From an uncultured Gammaproteobacteria bacterium (GTDB lineage: Bacteria; Patescibacteriota; Patescibacteriia; UBA1558; S5-K13): 64,000 nt of DNA. The stretch spans positions 207,542-271,541 of the forward strand of contig CAYRHT010000001.1 of NCBI GenBank assembly GCA_964424195.1, in the 5' to 3' direction. The notes beneath the pieces are model-generated. The model was not told where the DNA came from, did not search any database, and worked only from the letters and a program-made list of their open reading frames with translations. Position numbers and translations under genes: made by a program. Shown one piece after another: positions 34,351 through 44,268 of this stretch (positions are counted from its first letter, which is position 1; each line of letters starts with the position of its first letter).

Positions 34351-35304
34351 ATGGAATATAGCTTAGATAATTTAAAACAAATTTTAGAATCTTGGGATTT
34401 AGAATTATTAAAGATCCGAGAAGACTTAGTAATTGCTGGTAGCCCGGAAAGGACTGATTTTAGAGTTGTTTTAGAAACTAAAGACGGTGGTTTATTCTTA
34501 GTAGAGAATTTTTCTGATAAATTAGTAGAAGTTAAAGAAAAAATCATCAATGTTTTAGAGTTTTTAGAAAATAAGGAGCTAGGAAAAATTAATAACTATA
34601 TTAAGAATCAAGATGGTAAGTATATAATTGAGGATCAGGGAAAGTTTTGGCAATTACAGAAATTTATCACTGGAACTAAATTAGATCGAATTAACTATAT
34701 TTTTGAAGAGTGGCGGGGAGAAGTATTAGCAGAGTGGTTAATTAATTTTAAGAATAAATCTAAAGATATTAAAGTTAAGAATCAAGAGGTTTTTTCTCTG
34801 AAAGACTATGTTTATCAAATCTATACCGATGTTCAAAACCATAATCCAGAAATAATACCTAGATTAAAACCTATTATTGATTTCTTAGAATCTAATCTTA
34901 TGGATAATTATAATCAATTACCCATAGCTTTTTGTCATGGAGATTATCATCCAGTGAATGTAATCTGGTCTAAAGATAACATCCAAGCCGTAATAGATTG
35001 GGAGTTTTGTGGTTTAAAGCCAGAAATTTATGATATTGCTAATATGGTTTCTTGTGTAGGCATGGAAAATCCCGAATGTCTCCAGCGAGGCTTGATTATT
35101 GGGTTTATTAAAAAAATTAAATCAACTAAACTAATTCAAGATATTAGTTGGAAGTATTTAATTGACGCTATGATAGCTATTCGTTTTGCTTGGTTAGCAG
35201 AATGGCTCAGAAAGGATATTCCAGAAATGATTGAATTAGAATTAATATATATGCATTTATTAAAGGATAATTATCAAGATTTAAACAAAATTTGGTTTAC
35301 TTAA
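34351..35304 (+). CDS. Aminoglycoside/choline-kinase-like phosphotransferase (APH fold)
   Basis: 317 aa; Brenner catalytic motif HGDYHPVNVIW and the IDWEF divalent-cation-binding motif. Confidence 0.65.
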   Translation: MEYSLDNLKQILESWDLELLKIREDLVIAGSPERTDFRVVLETKDGGLFLVENFSDKLVEVKEKIINVLEFLENKELGKINNYIKNQDGKYIIEDQGKFWQLQKFITGTKLDRINYIFEEWRGEVLAEWLINFKNKSKDIKVKNQEVFSLKDYVYQIYTDVQNHNPEIIPRLKPIIDFLESNLMDNYNQLPIAFCHGDYHPVNVIWSKDNIQAVIDWEFCGLKPEIYDIANMVSCVGMENPECLQRGLIIGFIKKIKSTKLIQDISWKYLIDAMIAIRFAWLAEWLRKDIPEMIELELIYMHLLKDNYQDLNKIWFT

Positions 35305-35330
35305 GGCTAGAGTTAATATAAGATATAAGT

Positions 35331-37118
35331 ATGAGTAATGTAACAGAAGATATAAAATCTAGATTGGATGTAGTTGATTTAATAAAAGAATATATTCAGC
35401 TAACACCAGCGGGAGTAAATTTTAAAGCTCCTTGTCCTTTTCATAATGAAAAAACACCTTCTTTTGTTGTATCTTCAGAAAAACAGATTTGGCATTGTTT
35501 TGGTTGTGGTGCTGGTGGTGATATTTTTGAATTTGTAAAAAAGATTGAAGGTTTAGAATTTCCCGAAGCTTTAAGAATACTAGCGGATAAAGCTAATGTT
35601 AAGATTGATTATGACTATAGTCCAGAATTAAAGAATCAAAAAACTAAAGCATTAGATATTTTAACTGTTACAGCTACTTATTATCATCAACTCTTGTTAA
35701 AAGACAGCAATGCTAAAATAGCACAAGATTATTTAAAAGAGAGAGAGATTGATGACAAAGCGGTTGAACAATTTAATTTAGGATACAGTAAAGATTCTTG
35801 GGATGATCTATTAATCTATTTAAGGTCTAAGAAGTTTACAGATTCAGATATTGAAGCTGCTGGTTTAGTAGTGAAATCAAAGAAAGATGGGAAATTTTAT
35901 GATCGTTTTCGAGGTCGTTTAATGTTTCCCATAAATAATATTTTTGGACAAGCTATCGGTTTCACAGCTCGAGTTTTAAAAGAGGATGATCAACAAGGTA
36001 AATATGTAAATACTCCTCAAAGCGTTGCTTATGACAAATCTAGTGTTTTGTATAATATGGATTTAGCTAAAATGACTATTAAACAAAAGAATTATACTAT
36101 TTTAGCTGAAGGGCAATTAGATGTCATTTCTTCATACATGGCGGGAGTAAAGAATATTATTGCTTCTTCTGGGACAGCTCTTACTCCTCAACAAGTTAAA
36201 ATCCTTAAAAGATATTCAGAAAATTTAATGATTGCCTATGATGCTGATCAAGCTGGATTAAAAGCAACTTTTAGAATTGTAGATAATGCTTTAGCAGAGA
36301 ATATTAATATTAAAATTATTAAGATTCCTAAAGGTATGGATCCTGATCAACTGATTAAAAAAGATCCACAGAAATGGTTGGATGCTGTTAAAAATGCTCA
36401 ACCTTTAATGGATTTTGTTTTTGAAAAAGTTTTAGCAACCGGTGATTTAAATAATGTCTTTCAGAAAAAACAAATAGCTAAGAAATTATTGATTTTGATT
36501 AGTAAGTTTCGAGATGATATTGAAAGGCAAACTTATTTAAAAAGACTTGGTGATCTAATTGATGTGGAATATGATTTATTAAAAGAAAAATTAGATGATT
36601 TTGTGAATAAGAATAAAAGAAATATTCCAGTTGAAAAAGAAGAAAGAAAAGAATTTAAGCTATCTGTTTTAGATAAAAAAGAGGAGTTATTAAAGAAAAT
36701 TATAGCTCTAGGGATAAATTTTTTAAATAATATAGAGTATTTGTCATCAAATTTAGAGTTAGAATATATTGGTAAATCAACAATAGATGAACTTTACAAA
36801 GAGATGATAATCTATTATACTAAGAATAATTCTTTTGACCGAAAGGCTTTTGAAAATGGCTTAGATAAAGACAAAAGTGATTTATTGAATATTATTCTTT
36901 TTATTTTTGAAAATGAATATTCTAAGCATGATCAGAATGAAGCTTTTATCGATATTCAAGCTTTAGTAAAGTCTTACAAAAAGGAATTTTTAAATGAGAA
37001 GTTAAAGAAATTAGAAGTTTCTTTAAAATTAGCAGAAAGAAAAGGCGATCAAGAAGAGATTGAAAAAATTACTAAAGAATTTGTATCTGTCACTCATAAG
37101 TTAAGTAGTATAAGTTAA
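35331..37118 (+). CDS. dnaG: DNA primase
   Basis: 595 aa; zinc ribbon [21 protein letters not shown]; RNA polymerase core; Toprim ([14 protein letters not shown]). Followed by rpoD (conserved macromolecular-synthesis operon). Confidence 0.9.
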   Translation: MSNVTEDIKSRLDVVDLIKEYIQLTPAGVNFKAPCPFHNEKTPSFVVSSEKQIWHCFGCGAGGDIFEFVKKIEGLEFPEALRILADKANVKIDYDYSPELKNQKTKALDILTVTATYYHQLLLKDSNAKIAQDYLKEREIDDKAVEQFNLGYSKDSWDDLLIYLRSKKFTDSDIEAAGLVVKSKKDGKFYDRFRGRLMFPINNIFGQAIGFTARVLKEDDQQGKYVNTPQSVAYDKSSVLYNMDLAKMTIKQKNYTILAEGQLDVISSYMAGVKNIIASSGTALTPQQVKILKRYSENLMIAYDADQAGLKATFRIVDNALAENINIKIIKIPKGMDPDQLIKKDPQKWLDAVKNAQPLMDFVFEKVLATGDLNNVFQKKQIAKKLLILISKFRDDIERQTYLKRLGDLIDVEYDLLKEKLDDFVNKNKRNIPVEKEERKEFKLSVLDKKEELLKKIIALGINFLNNIEYLSSNLELEYIGKSTIDELYKEMIIYYTKNNSFDRKAFENGLDKDKSDLLNIILFIFENEYSKHDQNEAFIDIQALVKSYKKEFLNEKLKKLEVSLKLAERKGDQEEIEKITKEFVSVTHKLSSIS

Positions 37119-37143
37119 AATTTTTAAATATATAAATTACTAT

Positions 37144-38535
37144 ATGGCTAAAACCAAAAAGAAAAAAACAAATTTAAAAAAAGTTATTTCTAAGCTTATT
37201 CATAAGAAGAAACCAGCTAAAAAGAAAGCAACTCCTGAACTAAAAAAGAAAGTTGCTAAAAAACCTGTTAAAAAAACTCCTAAAAAACCAGTTAAAAAGA
37301 AAGCAACTCCTAAACCAAAAAAGAAACCAGCTAAAAAGATTGCTAAGAAGAAGGTAGTAAAGAAGAAAGTTGTTAAAAAACCTGTTAAAAAAACTCCTAA
37401 AAAGAAGAAACCCGCTAAACGAAGAAAGAAAGCAATTAAAAGAAAAAAAGAAGATATTATTTTTCCAGAATCAGATCGTTTAGCTACTCTAACTAAAGAG
37501 GGTCGGAATAGAGGATTCATAACAGAAAATGAACTTTTGTATGTTTTTCCAGAATTGGAAGAATACTCAGAAATATATGAAGAATATTTAAACACTTTAG
37601 AAGAAAATAGTGTTGAAATATTAACTAATGAAAGTAATCTCTTAAATGATGCGGATGAAGATGATGAAAAGAAATTAGATATTTCTGGTGTTACTTTTGA
37701 TTTAGGAAAAATTTCTTCTGATTCTATTCAAATGTATTTAAGAGAAATTGGTAAAGTATCATTATTAACTTTTGAAGAAGAAGTCGCTTTAGCTAAGAGA
37801 AAAGAAAGAGGAGATGTTGCTGCTAAAATTCAATTAATTAAAGCTAACTTAAGATTAGTAGTTAGTATTGCTAAAAAGTATACTGGACATTCTTTGTCAT
37901 TATTAGATTTAATTCAAGAAGGTAATATTGGATTATTCAGAGCAGTAGAGAAATTTGAATATCGAAAAGGGTATAAATTCTCAACTTATGCTACTTGGTG
38001 GATAAGACAAGCAATTACTAGAGCTTTAGCTGACCAGTCTCGAACTATTAGAATTCCAGTTCATATGGTCGAAACTATAAATAAATTTCAACAAGTTCAA
38101 AGAAGATTAATTCAAGATTTAGGAAGAGAACCTTTACCAGAAGAAATAGCTTATGAAATGGGAGAGGATTTAGATAAGATTCATCATGTGATTAAAATTT
38201 CTCAGGAAACAGTTTCATTAGAAACAACTATTGGAGAAGATGATGAAGATTCTACTTTAAGTGACTTTATTGAAGATAAGAAAACTATTCCACCAGACAA
38301 GGTTGCAGCTTTAAGATTATTAAGAGATCATGTTAAAGAAATAATTGAAGATTTAACTCCAAGAGAACAAAAGATTTTAGAGATGCGTTTTGGTTTAACA
38401 GATGGTATTGCTCATACTTTAGAAGAAGTAGGACAAGAGTTTGGTGTTACTAGAGAGAGAATTAGACAAATTGAAGCTAAATCTTTAGAGAAAATTGCTG
38501 CTAAAGAAGGAATTGCTAAGTTAAAGGATTATTAA
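37144..38535 (+). CDS. rpoD: RNA polymerase sigma-70 factor RpoD with about 105-aa lysine-rich histone-H1-like N-terminal extension
   Basis: Regions 1.2-4 are conserved ([11 protein letters not shown], region 2 [34 protein letters not shown], region 4 [24 protein letters not shown]). The N-terminus is made of [14 protein letters not shown] repeats. Confidence 0.92.
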   Translation: MAKTKKKKTNLKKVISKLIHKKKPAKKKATPELKKKVAKKPVKKTPKKPVKKKATPKPKKKPAKKIAKKKVVKKKVVKKPVKKTPKKKKPAKRRKKAIKRKKEDIIFPESDRLATLTKEGRNRGFITENELLYVFPELEEYSEIYEEYLNTLEENSVEILTNESNLLNDADEDDEKKLDISGVTFDLGKISSDSIQMYLREIGKVSLLTFEEEVALAKRKERGDVAAKIQLIKANLRLVVSIAKKYTGHSLSLLDLIQEGNIGLFRAVEKFEYRKGYKFSTYATWWIRQAITRALADQSRTIRIPVHMVETINKFQQVQRRLIQDLGREPLPEEIAYEMGEDLDKIHHVIKISQETVSLETTIGEDDEDSTLSDFIEDKKTIPPDKVAALRLLRDHVKEIIEDLTPREQKILEMRFGLTDGIAHTLEEVGQEFGVTRERIRQIEAKSLEKIAAKEGIAKLKDY

Positions 38536-38618
38536 AATAACTTTTAAATTTGAATAGTTTAGTCTTGATTTATTTTTGATTATAAATTATAATCTTATTG
38601 TCTTAAAATAAGAATTAT

Positions 38619-38695
38619 TTCGCGGTAGCTCAGTTGGTTAGAGCGACTGGCTGTTAACCAGTAGGTCGTCGGTTCGAACCCGACCCGCGAAGCCA
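38619..38695 (+). tRNA. tRNA-Asn (anticodon GUU), CCA encoded
   Basis: Acceptor TTCGCGG/CCGCGAA; D-arm GCTC..GAGC; anticodon stem ACTGG/CCAGT with loop CTGTTAA (GTT); T-arm GTCGG-TTCGAAC-CCGAC; discriminator G + CCA. The last 6 nt (AAGCCA) are also the first 6 nt of the 110-bp island repeat. Confidence 0.85.
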
Positions 38696-40165
38696 AATTG
38701 TTTTTTTAGCGGAAAGTGCCTCTTTTGCAGTCGCAAAAGTCGGCAACTCCCATAATATTTCCCAGGGTTTCTGGGGAATTACGCGGATTTCTCGTTCCTG
38801 CAATATGAGGTTCGAGCCAATCTTTTTAAGAAAATCTCTCTTCGTCGAGAGATTTTTTTGTGAAGCGATAATTTTGGCTTGTTTAGCGTCCAGAATGAAC
38901 TTCTTAGCCCGTTCGAGCCAATGATTGCCCTTTTGTTCAAAACCCTCTAATTTCTCCTCAATATCGATTTTTTCATTGAGGATTTTTTGTTTTTTAGAAG
39001 CATATTCTTCTTTAGAAATTAGTTCTTCTAAATGAGAATCTAATAATTTATCTAACTTATTTTCATAATTATATAATTTTTCTTTTAAGTTTTGAACGAA
39101 AGAATTTCCGTCTTGTTCTTCTTGCTTATTTTGTTTTTCCAATTCTTGGATTATCCAATCAGCACAAGACGGAAATAAAGAAACTTTTTGAATTATCTCA
39201 GATATTTGTTGACTCAAAATTTCTTCACGAATATATTTTTGAGAACACTTAATTTTTTTCTTAGTGCAACGATAATAATTATGTCCCTTTTGAGTCTCGG
39301 AAGTAATTGCACAACCACATTCTCCACATTTAAATAACCCTCTAAAAGCGTATTTTTTAATTTGCTTTTTCTTTGGTTTAGAATGTTGTGAAATTACTTC
39401 TTGGCATTTATCAAAAAGTTTCTTGGCAATCATTGGCTCATGACTACCTCTAAATATTTCGTTGTTATACCTAATCAATCCATAGTAAAAAGGATTTTTT
39501 AAAATATGCTGAATAGTAGAAACCGCTAGAGCTTTATTATGCTTACTTAATAATCCGACCGAGGTGATAGTATCCCGCAAAAATTTAATAGTATAATTTC
39601 CAGTAGAGTAGAGTTTAAATATTTTTCTAACTAAATTAAATTTTTGCGGGTCTTTAATAATATTATGTTTTCTTAAATCATTAAGATAACCAATCGGAGC
39701 AGGTCCAGGAAGTTCACCTCGTCTTAATTTTTGCCTTAAACCTCGTTTAGTATTTTCAGAAAGATTGTCAACGAAATATTTAGATTGACCAAAAGCGATA
39801 TTTAACATGAATTTGCCTTGCGGAGTAGCTTCAAACCAGAAAGTAGGAAATTTTAGCGACTTAATTTCTTCACTATCAACTAAATAGATGATTTTACCAC
39901 CATCGACTGAATTACGAGCTAATCTGTCAGGATGCCACGCTAAAATTCCATTAGCTTTATTCTTTTCAATTTTATCTAACATATTATTGAATATTGGACG
40001 ACCTGGTTTTTTAGCAGTTTGAGATTCAATAAAAATATCAATAATATTTAGATTTTCTTTTTCGGCAAATTCTAAAAGTTCAGTTTTCTGAGCTTCTAAA
40101 GATAATACTTGTCGATCATCTTCATCAGTTGATTTTCTAATATAAAGGAAGTATTTATTATCCAT
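38654..40165 (-). CDS. Large serine recombinase (resolvase/invertase N-domain + recombinase domain + zinc ribbon + coiled coil)
   Basis: 503 aa from ATG at 40165: MDNKYFLYIRKSTDEDDRQVLSLEAQ (catalytic Ser region); DRLARN; recombinase domain; zinc ribbon CGECGCA...YYRC...C; C-terminal coiled coil. The ORF track extends it 60 aa upstream (to 40345) through the inverted repeat, which is read-through. The last 13 codons are encoded by the complement of the tRNA-Asn 3-prime end. Confidence 0.85.
   Translation of the reverse strand: MDNKYFLYIRKSTDEDDRQVLSLEAQKTELLEFAEKENLNIIDIFIESQTAKKPGRPIFNNMLDKIEKNKANGILAWHPDRLARNSVDGGKIIYLVDSEEIKSLKFPTFWFEATPQGKFMLNIAFGQSKYFVDNLSENTKRGLRQKLRRGELPGPAPIGYLNDLRKHNIIKDPQKFNLVRKIFKLYSTGNYTIKFLRDTITSVGLLSKHNKALAVSTIQHILKNPFYYGLIRYNNEIFRGSHEPMIAKKLFDKCQEVISQHSKPKKKQIKKYAFRGLFKCGECGCAITSETQKGHNYYRCTKKKIKCSQKYIREEILSQQISEIIQKVSLFPSCADWIIQELEKQNKQEEQDGNSFVQNLKEKLYNYENKLDKLLDSHLEELISKEEYASKKQKILNEKIDIEEKLEGFEQKGNHWLERAKKFILDAKQAKIIASQKNLSTKRDFLKKIGSNLILQEREIRVIPQKPWEILWELPTFATAKEALSAKKTIWLRGSGSNRRPTG
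38690..38799. repeat. 110-bp inverted repeat, left copy, flanking the serine recombinase gene
   Basis: Identical to the reverse complement of 40262-40371, confirmed by direct comparison. Contains internal palindromes CTTTTGC-agtc-GCAAAAG and CCCAG-ggtttc-TGGGG. Starts with AAGCCA, shared with the tRNA-Asn 3-prime end. Confidence 0.85.
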
Positions 40166-40261
40166 ATATTTAAAATTAATTTTTATCGCTTTTGGTCTGT
40201 ATTTGTAAATTACCGCTTCACCTTTGCTAGTAAGCAAAGAAAAATATTGGCTCTCAATAGA

Positions 40262-40371
40262 AGGAACGAGAAATCCGCGTAATTCCCCAGAAACCCTGGG
40301 AAATATTATGGGAGTTGCCGACTTTTGCGACTGCAAAAGAGGCACTTTCCGCTAAAAAAACAATTTGGCTT
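40262..40371. repeat. 110-bp inverted repeat, right copy
   Basis: Perfect reverse complement of 38690-38799. Its outer 6 nt (TGGCTT, the complement of AAGCCA) overlap the outer end of the large GC-rich repeat. Confidence 0.85.
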
Positions 40372-40686
40372 GGACTCCCGAACGAAATTCGAACTTTTTT
40401 CCGAGAAAATCCGACTTGTGACCCGAAACTCTAGTGAAGGGTTAATGCGGAATTTTAGGCGGGCGAAAAGCGGGGGTCTGGGGGAAACCCCGAAGGAGTC
40501 GCTTCGCGACCCTACGGGGTAAAGATTTTCGCCCGCCTTCGTCTTTAAAATTTAGCCCGCTTCGCCGGAGCGAAAGCGAGGCGAGAATTTTTGGCTTTCT
40601 TCCTTGTCTTGCCAAATCCCGTAAAACGGGAGTAGGCAGAGGGAAGACATCATTGGTCGTATTTCGCAAAAGCGAAATGCACCGCT
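40367..40686. repeat. GC-rich about 320-bp inverted repeat, copy A (left flank of defense cassette)
   Basis: Reverse complement of 50159-50443 at about 93% identity. It carries a 35-nt insertion (AAACCCCGAAGGAGTCGCTTCGCGACCCTACGGGG) absent from copy B. The inner-end hairpin differs in sequence but is conserved as a palindrome (ATTTCGC-aaaa-GCGAAAT here versus GCCACGC-tttg-CGTGGC). About 55% GC in a roughly 30% GC genome. Confidence 0.8.
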
Positions 40687-40820
40687 AAATTCCACCTCAA
40701 CCCCGACCACCACCCCTTTTTGAATTTGAAGAGCAAGTATTTTTTTGGTATTATAAAGGTATAATAATTTAATAATATACTTGTATTATCCTACTACTAT
40801 GATAATACTATATAATATCT

Positions 40821-41045
40821 ATGTCAAACAAATTATCAACTATTGCTAAAAACATCAAAAAGCTCAGAAAAGAAAAAGGTATCTCTCAAGATAAACTTTC
40901 TAAATTAGCTAATATTTCTTATAACACAATTATTAAGATTGAATCTGGAGATATTCAAAGTCCAGGTATTGATACTGCTCAAAAAATAGCTCAGGCTTTT
41001 GGTGTTAAAATTGATGATTTAATAAGTGAAAAGTATAAAAAATAA
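40821..41045 (+). CDS. XRE-family helix-turn-helix transcriptional regulator
   Basis: 74 aa; IKKLRKEKGISQDKLSKLANISYNTIIKIESGD is a canonical Cro/C1-type HTH; first gene of the cassette. Confidence 0.7.
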   Translation: MSNKLSTIAKNIKKLRKEKGISQDKLSKLANISYNTIIKIESGDIQSPGIDTAQKIAQAFGVKIDDLISEKYKK

Positions 41046-41065
41046 TAAATTAATATATCGAATAT

Positions 41066-44000
41066 ATGAATAGTGACTTAACTTTTATAACCAATGAAAA
41101 TGGTAAAAATTTAAAAGATAGATTTGATGATTTGATAAAAGATTCTCGTTTTTTTGATGTTTTGGTTGGTTATTTTTATACAAGTGGTTTTTATGCAATT
41201 TATCCTAGTTTAGAAAAAACTGAAAAAATTAAAATCTTAATTGGAATTAGTACTAATTATCAAACATATAATCTTCTTCAAAAAATTCAATCACATAAGG
41301 AAATAGGAGATCAGATTGGTGAGAATATAAAAACTGAGATGGAAAAAAGTGATAATAATTTTCAAGTAGAAAAAGGTGTATATAAATTTCTCGAATGGTT
41401 AAAAAGTGGAAAATTAGAAATTAAAGCTTATCCTGAAGAAAAAATACATTCTAAATTATACATAATGACTTTTAATGAAGATGATAGAGATATCGGTCGT
41501 GTAATAACTGGATCAAGTAATTTTACACAAAGCGGATTAGTGGATAATTTAGAATTTAATGTTGAGCTTAAAGATCCTTCTGATTATAGATTTGCCAAGG
41601 ATAAATTTGATGAATTATGGGGAAAGGGTATTGATGTTAGTGAGAAATATATTGAAACAATTACAAGAGATACGTGGCTTAGAGAAGATATAACGCCGTA
41701 TGAATTATATCTTAAATTTCTTTATGAATATTTTAAAGAAGAAATAAATGAAGAAGACATTTTAGAGCATAGTTATAGACCAGACAATTTTAAAGAATTA
41801 AAATATCAAGATCATGCAGTTATAAATGCAAAAAAAATTGTAGAAGAATATGGTGGTGTATTTTTGTCAGATGTTGTTGGTTTAGGAAAAACATACATGG
41901 GAACTATGCTTTGTCAAGAATTAAAAGGGAGGACTTTAGTATTAGCCCCTCCTCATCTTATTGATGAAAATAATGAAGGTAGTTGGGAAAATTCTTTTAA
42001 AAATTTTGGATTCCGCGCTAAAGATTATAAATGTGAATCTATTGGGGTGTTGGACAAAATAATAAAAAAAGAACTTCATAAAAAATTTGATATTGTTCTT
42101 ATTGATGAAGCTCATCGTTTTAGGACAGAAGAAACGGAAACATATGCAAAACTTGCTCAAATTTGTCGTGGTAAAAAAGTAATTCTTGTTACAGCTACTC
42201 CGTATAATAATTCACCAAAAGATCTGCTTTCTCAAATCAAACTTTTTCAAAAAGCAAGACAAAGTACAATACCAAACCTATTAAATATAGAAGGATTCTT
42301 TAAAAAATTAGAAGGAAATATTAAAAAACTTGATAGAAGAAAAGATAAAACAGAGTATCTCGAAAGAACAAAAGAAAATTCTAAACTTATTCGTGAAAAA
42401 TTATTAAAATATTTAATGGTAAGAAGAACGCGAAAAGAAATTCAAAAATACTATGGAGATGACTTGAAAAAACAAAAAATGAGCTTTCCTGAAATTGCAG
42501 ACCCAAAACCAATTCTTTATGAATTTAATGAGAAAGAAAATGAAATCTTTTTTAAAACTATAAAAATAATATCAAAAGATTTTAAATATTCTCGTTATAC
42601 ACCCTTTTTATATCATAAAGGAGATTTGGGTTCTGAAGAAACTAGACAAAAGAATATGAGAAAGTTCATGAAGATGATGCTTATTAAAAGATTAGAAAGT
42701 AGTTTTTTTGCATTTACGCAGTCACTAGACCGATTTATATCGTCTTATGAAAAATTTATAAGTGAATATAATACAGGTAGCGTATATGTAAGTAAAAAAC
42801 ATATACGAAAAATATTTGATTATCTAGATGGTGGTAATTTAAATGCTGTAGATCAATTAATTTCTGAAGGAAAGGCAGAAAAATTTTCTAGTGATGAATT
42901 TGGAACTAATGAGGCTGGTGTCGAATTTATAGATGCTTTGAAGAATGACCTAATCATCCTAAAAGATATTAAAGAATTATGGAAGGGAATGAAGAGAGAT
43001 CCTAAAATTATTGCTTTTAAAGAGAAATTAGCAAAAGAAAAGCCAATAAAAGAAGGAAAATCTATTGTTTTTACAGAATCAACAGAAACTGCAAAATATC
43101 TTATAGAGAATTTACAAGATATTTTTCCAAATCAAATTATTTATTTTTCCGGAGGAAGCTCACAAGCGGAACGAGAAATTGTCATGGAAAATTTTGATGC
43201 TAACACAAAAAATATCAAAAATGATTATAAACTACTTATTACAACCGATGTATTAGCAGAAGGAGCCAATTTACATCAAGCAAATGTTGTCATAAATTAT
43301 GACATTCCATGGAATCCAACTCGTATAATGCAAAGAGTTGGTCGTATAAATAGAGTTGATACAAAACATGATAAAATTTACACTTATTCTTTTTTTCCAA
43401 CAGATCAATCAGATGAACAAATAAAATTGATATCATTAGCAGAGGCAAAAATACAAGCATTTATCACTTTGCTTGGAACTGATGCAAAGCTATTAACAGA
43501 GGGAGAAGTTCCTGAAGGGCATAGTTTATTTAATCGAATATTATCAAAAGAGATGATTGAAGGTGAAGAAAGTGAAGGAGATTCTGAATTAAAATATTTA
43601 CAAGAAATTAGAAAAATAAGAGACAAGGATCCAGACTTATTTGAAAAAATAAAAAAATTACCTAAAAAAGCACGGACTGCTCGAAAATTGCAGGAAGGTA
43701 AATCAAAGCTATTAACTTATTTTAGAAAAGGAAAATTACAAAAATTTTTCATTATCGACGCTGGAGCATCATCTATTTCTAATGAAATTGATTTTATGAA
43801 AGCGGCAGAACAATTCACAGCAAAACCAAGCGAAAAACGATTCAAATTAGATAAGTTATTTTATGGATTACTTGATAAAAATTTAGAAATGTTACAGAAA
43901 GTGGATGAGTATGAAGAAGAGGAATTTTCTACTAAACGAGGAAGCAGAAATAATGCGGCTCGTCTTTCTAAGATTTTAAACGCAAAGAATATAAAAAAAT

Positions 44001-44266
44001 ATAAAGGATTTACCGATGATAATGAAGCATATATTCAATCTGTAATTAACGAATTGGATTCTGGGGGTATTCCTAAAAAGATAACGCAAACAATTTATAA
44101 AAAAGTCCAAAATACTCCTGAAATAATCGCAAATCCTTTAAAACTTTTAGCTGTGTTGAAAACAACATTGCCAAATGATTTTCTTCAACCAACTCAAAAT
44201 GAAATAGACAAGGGAATATCTAGGAAAAAAGAAATTATACTTTCTGAATATTTTAACAGAAAATAA
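41066..44266 (+). CDS. PLD-family (HKD) nuclease fused to SNF2/SF2 helicase (DrmC-DrmD-like fusion)
   Basis: 1066 aa. N-terminal HKD motif HSKLYIMTFNEDDRDIGRVITGSSNFT. Helicase motif I VVGLGKTYMG, motif II VLIDEAHRFR, motif III ILVTATPYNN, and C-terminal helicase lobe motifs (LITTDVLAEGANLHQANVVINYDIPWNPTRIMQRVGRINR). Confidence 0.8.
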   Translation: MNSDLTFITNENGKNLKDRFDDLIKDSRFFDVLVGYFYTSGFYAIYPSLEKTEKIKILIGISTNYQTYNLLQKIQSHKEIGDQIGENIKTEMEKSDNNFQVEKGVYKFLEWLKSGKLEIKAYPEEKIHSKLYIMTFNEDDRDIGRVITGSSNFTQSGLVDNLEFNVELKDPSDYRFAKDKFDELWGKGIDVSEKYIETITRDTWLREDITPYELYLKFLYEYFKEEINEEDILEHSYRPDNFKELKYQDHAVINAKKIVEEYGGVFLSDVVGLGKTYMGTMLCQELKGRTLVLAPPHLIDENNEGSWENSFKNFGFRAKDYKCESIGVLDKIIKKELHKKFDIVLIDEAHRFRTEETETYAKLAQICRGKKVILVTATPYNNSPKDLLSQIKLFQKARQSTIPNLLNIEGFFKKLEGNIKKLDRRKDKTEYLERTKENSKLIREKLLKYLMVRRTRKEIQKYYGDDLKKQKMSFPEIADPKPILYEFNEKENEIFFKTIKIISKDFKYSRYTPFLYHKGDLGSEETRQKNMRKFMKMMLIKRLESSFFAFTQSLDRFISSYEKFISEYNTGSVYVSKKHIRKIFDYLDGGNLNAVDQLISEGKAEKFSSDEFGTNEAGVEFIDALKNDLIILKDIKELWKGMKRDPKIIAFKEKLAKEKPIKEGKSIVFTESTETAKYLIENLQDIFPNQIIYFSGGSSQAEREIVMENFDANTKNIKNDYKLLITTDVLAEGANLHQANVVINYDIPWNPTRIMQRVGRINRVDTKHDKIYTYSFFPTDQSDEQIKLISLAEAKIQAFITLLGTDAKLLTEGEVPEGHSLFNRILSKEMIEGEESEGDSELKYLQEIRKIRDKDPDLFEKIKKLPKKARTARKLQEGKSKLLTYFRKGKLQKFFIIDAGASSISNEIDFMKAAEQFTAKPSEKRFKLDKLFYGLLDKNLEMLQKVDEYEEEEFSTKRGSRNNAARLSKILNAKNIKKYKGFTDDNEAYIQSVINELDSGGIPKKITQTIYKKVQNTPEIIANPLKLLAVLKTTLPNDFLQPTQNEIDKGISRKKEIILSEYFNRK

Positions 44267-44268
44267 TT

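Noticed and set aside
37144-37460. CRISPR-like or tandem-repeat array in the nucleotide sequence at the rpoD 5-prime end
   Set aside because: The periodic repeats are in-frame coding repeats of a lysine-rich protein tail, with no spacer/repeat structure and no cas genes. No CRISPR array exists in the window.
37200-37595. Minus-strand 131-aa ORF opposite the rpoD 5-prime region
   Set aside because: It is the antisense translation of the lysine-codon repeat array (AAA/AAG gives TTT/CTT, Phe/Leu-rich), which is an artefact.
40166-40345. N-terminal 60-aa extension of the recombinase ORF in the supplied track (38654-40345)
   Set aside because: The extension reads through the promoter region and the 110-bp inverted repeat only because no stop occurs. 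The conserved serine-recombinase N-terminus (MDNKYFLYIRKST...) begins at the ATG at 40165.
40325-40669. ORFs 40325-40522(+), 40442-40669(-) and their counterparts 50156-50440(-), 50163-50462(+) inside the GC-rich repeats
   Set aside because: The two repeat copies differ by a 35-nt indel that shifts every frame, and the protein sequences diverge after it. Long ORFs arise simply because GC-rich DNA lacks AT-rich stop codons. Treated as non-coding repeat/RNA.
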